Source of the DNA: an uncultured Oribacterium sp.
Lineage (GTDB): Bacteria > Bacillota > Clostridia > Lachnospirales > Lachnospiraceae
NCBI GenBank assembly: GCA_900772695.1
Contig: CAAGRO010000442.1
Span: 1 to 42,981 of the forward strand
Direction of reading: 5' to 3'
DNA: 42,981 nucleotides
Positions 38,998-42,981 of this stretch are shown here, in pieces. The notes below the pieces were generated by a model that was not told where the DNA came from, did not search any database, and saw only the letters and a program-made list of their open reading frames with translations. The first letter of the stretch is position 1; each line of letters opens with the position of its first letter. Both the position numbers and the translations under genes were made by a program.

Positions 38998-39699
38998 TTA
39001 CTTCTCGATCTTATAGCCGATGCCCCAGACGGTCGAGATGATCTTGTTCTCGCGGCTCTCCTCCCGCAGCTTTCCACGCAGACGGCGGATGTGCACCATG
39101 ACGGTGTTATTGGCCTCATAGACCTTTTCATCCCATACCTTTTCGAAGATCTCATCGGTGGAGAAAACCTTGCCCGGATGGGATGCCAGCAGGAACAGAA
39201 TCTCGAACTCGATCGGCGTCAGCTTGATTTCCTCACCGTCCACCAGTACACGATGATTATCCTTGTTGATGGTGAGGTCACGGATCGTGATCTCGCTGCT
39301 GGCAAACTGCTCCGCCGCGTTCGGGTTCAGCTGCGTGTAGCGGCGAAGCTGTGACTTCACGCGTGCCGTCAGCTCCAGCGGATTAAACGGCTTCGTCACA
39401 TAATCATCCGCGCCGCCGGTGAGACCGACGATCTTATCGAGGTCCGTGGACTTCGCCGACAGCATGATGATCGGGATATTGGACTTCGCCCGGATCTTCC
39501 GGCACATCTCGAGACCGTTCATGCCCGGCATCATGATATCGAGCAGTACGAGGTGGATCTCCTGCTCATCGAGGATTTTCAGACCCTCCTCTGCATTGTA
39601 TGCCTTAAATACCTTATAGCCGTCACTGACGAGATAGATTTCCACCAGCTCTGCGATTTCCTTTTCATCGTCAACGACGAGTACATTGATCTGCGACAT
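38998..39699 (-). CDS. OmpR-family response regulator
   Basis: VVDDE, LLDIMMP, GADDYVTKPF, VHIRRLR, TVWGIGY. Confidence 0.96.
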   Translation of the reverse strand: MSQINVLVVDDEKEIAELVEIYLVSDGYKVFKAYNAEEGLKILDEQEIHLVLLDIMMPGMNGLEMCRKIRAKSNIPIIMLSAKSTDLDKIVGLTGGADDYVTKPFNPLELTARVKSQLRRYTQLNPNAAEQFASSEITIRDLTINKDNHRVLVDGEEIKLTPIEFEILFLLASHPGKVFSTDEIFEKVWDEKVYEANNTVMVHIRRLRGKLREESRENKIISTVWGIGYKIEK

Positions 39700-39701
39700 A
39701 G

Positions 39702-40853
39702 TTACTCCTTTCCATAATTCCCCAGGATGCGAAGGGATGTGATCTGATCCTCGAGTCCGGCGAGTGCATTGATGACATTCGGCATGGACAGATTTCCCTC
39801 GAGATCGATGAAGAAGCGATACTCGAACGGCTTCTCCGGAATCGGTCGGGACTGGATCATCAGCATATTGACATCATTAAATATAAAATTTCCCAGTGCG
39901 TTATAGAGCGCACCTGGCTTATGTGCTGTTTCAAAGCAGATACTGATCTTCTCTGCATCCGCTGTGTAGACGCGCTCACGGCCGAGCACGATGAAGCGGG
40001 TCGTGTTGCTCTTTTCCTGATTGACCGAACGCTCCAGAATCGTCAGTCCATACAGCTCCGCAGAGAGCTCGGAGGCGAGTGCCGCGATGCTCGGATCCTG
40101 ATGATCCCGGACGTACGCTGCAGCGACTGCCGTGTTCAGCACCGGCACCGCTTCGATGTCCGGATGCGCCTCCAGAAAGGCCGCACACTGTCCGAGAGCC
40201 TGCGGATGTGAGTAGATCCGCTTCAGTCCGTCCATACTGGCACCCGCCACACTCATCAGCGCATGCGCTACGTGCAGATCGACCTCCTCGACGATCGCGA
40301 GCGCCGGATAGCGCACCAGAAGGTCGAAAATATCTGAAACGGCTCCGTGACTGGAGTTCTCGATCGGCAGCACTGCGTAGTCCGCCTCTCCCTCCACGAC
40401 CTCGTCCATGGCATCCTTCCAGGTTTTCACATGGCGGAGTGCCGTCTCTGTGCCGAAGCACTGTCGTGCTGCAAGATGGGCATACGCACCCTCAACCCCC
40501 TGATAAACGACACGCTTTCCACGCTTCGGAATCGCATCGAGCTTCTCAAAATCCGCATGGAAGGTCTTTCCATGTGCAGACAGAATACCGAACTGCCGGC
40601 GTCTCGAAATCGTCATCATCTGCTGATAGAGCTCCCGGATCGCCTTCCGGTCGAAATCCGTATCGAGATAGGACTGTACGGTATCCAGCTTCTGCTCCTC
40701 CCGTACCGGATCAAATACCGCTTTTCCGGTTTCAATCTTATACTCTGCTACCTTTTCGCAGAGGTCCATCCGCTGCTTATAAAGCTCGGTAATCTGGTGA
40801 TCCAGTACATCGAGCTGGTCGCGAATCTGTAAAAGTGCGTTTTTTTCTTCCAT
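39702..40853 (-). CDS. pheA: Chorismate mutase / prephenate dehydratase
   Basis: N-terminal AroQ domain; LPIENS, YSHPQA, NTTRF, C-terminal ACT domain (IQSRP). Confidence 0.94.
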   Translation of the reverse strand: MEEKNALLQIRDQLDVLDHQITELYKQRMDLCEKVAEYKIETGKAVFDPVREEQKLDTVQSYLDTDFDRKAIRELYQQMMTISRRRQFGILSAHGKTFHADFEKLDAIPKRGKRVVYQGVEGAYAHLAARQCFGTETALRHVKTWKDAMDEVVEGEADYAVLPIENSSHGAVSDIFDLLVRYPALAIVEEVDLHVAHALMSVAGASMDGLKRIYSHPQALGQCAAFLEAHPDIEAVPVLNTAVAAAYVRDHQDPSIAALASELSAELYGLTILERSVNQEKSNTTRFIVLGRERVYTADAEKISICFETAHKPGALYNALGNFIFNDVNMLMIQSRPIPEKPFEYRFFIDLEGNLSMPNVINALAGLEDQITSLRILGNYGKE

Positions 40854-40865
40854 GTAATAATCCTT

Positions 40866-41618
40866 TTAATCTTTCTCTTCTGCCAGCAGTGCCTGGATGT
40901 CCGCCTTCACCTTCGCCTGTACATAGGCACCGATGTGCTTCTGCTCCTCTTCATCGAGATTTTTCACCTCAATCGGCGCACCGATACGTACCCTGATATG
41001 CTGCGGCCTGATCGCCGGGAACTGCGCTTCCAGGATATCGCGTGTACCGACCATCGCTACCGGCACGATCTTACAGCCGGCCTTCTCGGCCACCTTGAAG
41101 GAGCCCTCCTTAAAGGTCTCCATGTCGAGCTCCGTCTCGCCTTCTGAGCGCGTGCCCTCCGGGTAGATCCAGATGGACTGTCCCTCCCGCACCTGTTTGA
41201 TGGCCGTGATGATGACCTTCAGGGACTGCTTCAGATTATTCCGATCCATAAACAGGCAGCCGAGCTCCTCCATCCAGCGCTTCAGCGGTCGGATCTTCTC
41301 TATCTCCGCCTTCGCGACGAAGCCGGTCGGTCGATCCACGAGGGTATAGGCGATGATGACATCGAAATACGAACGGTGATTTCCAACGAACAGAACCCCC
41401 TCGTCCTTCGGAATCGAGGTCAGATTTTCCGCCCCCTCGACCTCCACCGTCACGTGGGCTGTTTTCAGAATCTTCCGGAAGATGCCCTGCACAAGCGGCA
41501 GGGTATACTCTGCGCGCTTCTTCGGGTCCTGGATCGCCTCAACCTTTCTCCTGTACCAGAGACTGCCGAGGGTTAAAAAAAACAGTACTTGTGCTAAAAC
41601 TGCAATGGTATACAGCAT
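40866..41618 (-). CDS. plsC: 1-acyl-sn-glycerol-3-phosphate acyltransferase
   Basis: NHRSYFD (HX4D), FVAK, YPEGTRS. Confidence 0.9.
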   Translation of the reverse strand: MLYTIAVLAQVLFFLTLGSLWYRRKVEAIQDPKKRAEYTLPLVQGIFRKILKTAHVTVEVEGAENLTSIPKDEGVLFVGNHRSYFDVIIAYTLVDRPTGFVAKAEIEKIRPLKRWMEELGCLFMDRNNLKQSLKVIITAIKQVREGQSIWIYPEGTRSEGETELDMETFKEGSFKVAEKAGCKIVPVAMVGTRDILEAQFPAIRPQHIRVRIGAPIEVKNLDEEEQKHIGAYVQAKVKADIQALLAEEKD

Positions 41619-41766
41619 ATTGACTCCTTATGTGCGGTTCCATGCTTCTGCGCTTTCCGGCAGACGGCATGCATACGCAACGGTTCATCTATAAACACCC
41701 GATTTCAGGGTGTCTGGTCACATAGTTTCGAAAATTTCATCCGGCAGTACATCCGTCTGTGCATGC

Positions 41767-42582
41767 TCACAGCACATCTGAAAAATGCGGACGAAGCTTA
41801 CGGAAAAACGAGAGGCCGACGAAGAAAATCACGAGCGTCACTCCCCAGAAGTAGATCCCGAGGGTCGGGCGCATCCAGAATCCGGCACCGGTCAGCATGG
41901 AATCACGGTACCCTGCCACGATATAGTAGAGCGGGTTCAGCTTCAGCAGGGTTCCAACCCATGGCGCACGGCTCGTAAAAAGGGTTTCATCGTACATGAT
42001 CGGGCACATCCAGATACCGAACTGGAGGCAGATTCCGACGATCTGCTGCATATCCTTAAAGAAGACATTAACCGCACTCGTGAGATAGCCGAGACCAAGC
42101 GCCAGCACGGAAGCCGCGAAGCTGTAGTAGATGATCTGGAGCCAGCTGATCGTCGGGGTCTTACCGGACACGAGGAAGGCGACCAGCATGATCACGATGA
42201 AGCAGAGGTGAACGAAAAAGCAGGACGCAAGCTTGATGATCGGAAGGAGCTCCACCGGGAAGACGACCTTCTTCACGAGGTAGCTGTACTCTTGCAGGAT
42301 GCCGGTCAGGGTGTTGAGGCATTCACTGAAGAAGAACCAGGGCACGAGCCCCGGAATCAGCCAGATCACGTAGCTCGTGTTCGGCACCGGCGGAGCGGAC
42401 TTGAAACCATAGGGTCCGAAGATGAACGCATAGATGGTCACCGTCGCGAGTGGCTGGAGAAACATCCAGATGATACCGAAGTAGGAGCCGACGAAGCGCT
42501 TACGGAAATCGGACTTTGCAAGGTCCAGGATCATCCGACGCTTCTCGGCCATGTGCTGTAATAATTCGATAAATGCTTTCAT
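41767..42582 (-). CDS. Polysaccharide/teichoic acid export ABC permease (Wzm/TagG/RgpC-like)
   Basis: LAKSDFRKRFVGSYFGIIW, GLVPWFFF, YLVKKVVFP, LNPL, HFSDVL; start set to ATG 42582. Confidence 0.9.
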   Translation of the reverse strand: MKAFIELLQHMAEKRRMILDLAKSDFRKRFVGSYFGIIWMFLQPLATVTIYAFIFGPYGFKSAPPVPNTSYVIWLIPGLVPWFFFSECLNTLTGILQEYSYLVKKVVFPVELLPIIKLASCFFVHLCFIVIMLVAFLVSGKTPTISWLQIIYYSFAASVLALGLGYLTSAVNVFFKDMQQIVGICLQFGIWMCPIMYDETLFTSRAPWVGTLLKLNPLYYIVAGYRDSMLTGAGFWMRPTLGIYFWGVTLVIFFVGLSFFRKLRPHFSDVL

Positions 42583-42670
42583 GTATAGTTTATTCTTTCC
42601 ATCTTCCGGGGGATACACATCGGCCGGAAGCACTCTCTTTCCTAAAATCGATGTTCCATATGAACACTTT

Positions 42671-42700
42671 ATTATACCACCTTTCAGGCCCGCTGCACAA
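42671..42700 (-). promoter_or_regulatory. Extended -10 promoter for the permease
   Basis: Minus strand TGG-TATAAT with TTGTGC further upstream. Confidence 0.45.
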
Positions 42701-42981
42701 CGGTGAGGAAGCAACCGAGGAGCACGAGCGCATCCATCAGCATCATCGCGCTGAGAAGCAGTGCGTCAAGCCCGATGCTGCTGCGGCCGATCGCCCGCAG
42801 GCGATGGAGCTGTGATATACGAAACGCCAGCAGCAGGACCGGAAGGAACGGCAGGAAATAGCGCCCCTGCACACCCAGAATGTAGAAGGTGTCCGCCGGT
42901 GTATAGGCGAGCAGCATGCTGACCATCAGGACGAAGCCGAGGAGCAGAAATACGAAGACCATCCAGATTCGATGCGGGATG
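42684..42981 (-). CDS. 3' part of a membrane protein, DUF2142-like (putative GT-C glycosyltransferase); runs off the window
   Basis: Hydrophobic C-terminus with a GVQGRYFLP motif. Confidence 0.65.
   Translation of the reverse strand, partial: IPHRIWMVFVFLLLGFVLMVSMLLAYTPADTFYILGVQGRYFLPFLPVLLLAFRISQLHRLRAIGRSSIGLDALLLSAMMLMDALVLLGCFLTVVQRA

Noticed and set aside
33072..39699. Vancomycin resistance cluster (VanR/S-like + VanZ)
   Set aside because: No D-Ala-D-Lac/Ser ligase, VanH, VanX or VanY genes

Overview
Chromosomal segment of a Firmicute, most likely Lachnospiraceae (inferred from gene content and choline-binding-repeat protein; not confirmed). Positions ~680-9710 hold a near-complete AI-2 uptake/catabolism locus: lsrACDB-lsrF on the minus strand, divergent from lsrR-lsrK. 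It has no recognisable lsrG, and a metal-site cupin follows lsrK instead. Next come metA and a SAM-I-riboswitch-controlled short metK, gap-pgk-tpiA, a Na/Pi cotransporter with a Pho-box-like promoter, an amidase, uppP and ung. A signal-peptide-less ParB/Srx-like + BMP (nucleoside-binding) fusion protein sits directly upstream of a metallophosphoesterase. Further on are a wHTH-LicC-LicA fusion beside a choline-binding-repeat protein, a ~210-bp REPIN-like hairpin, glutamine synthetase III, fba, thrC, udk, a two-component system/ABC/VanZ block, pheA, plsC and an orphan Wzm/TagG-like permease. No rRNA, tRNA, CRISPR array or transposase was seen. The best candidates for undescribed biology are the ParB-like/BMP + phosphoesterase pair and the cupin as a non-orthologous LsrG replacement.
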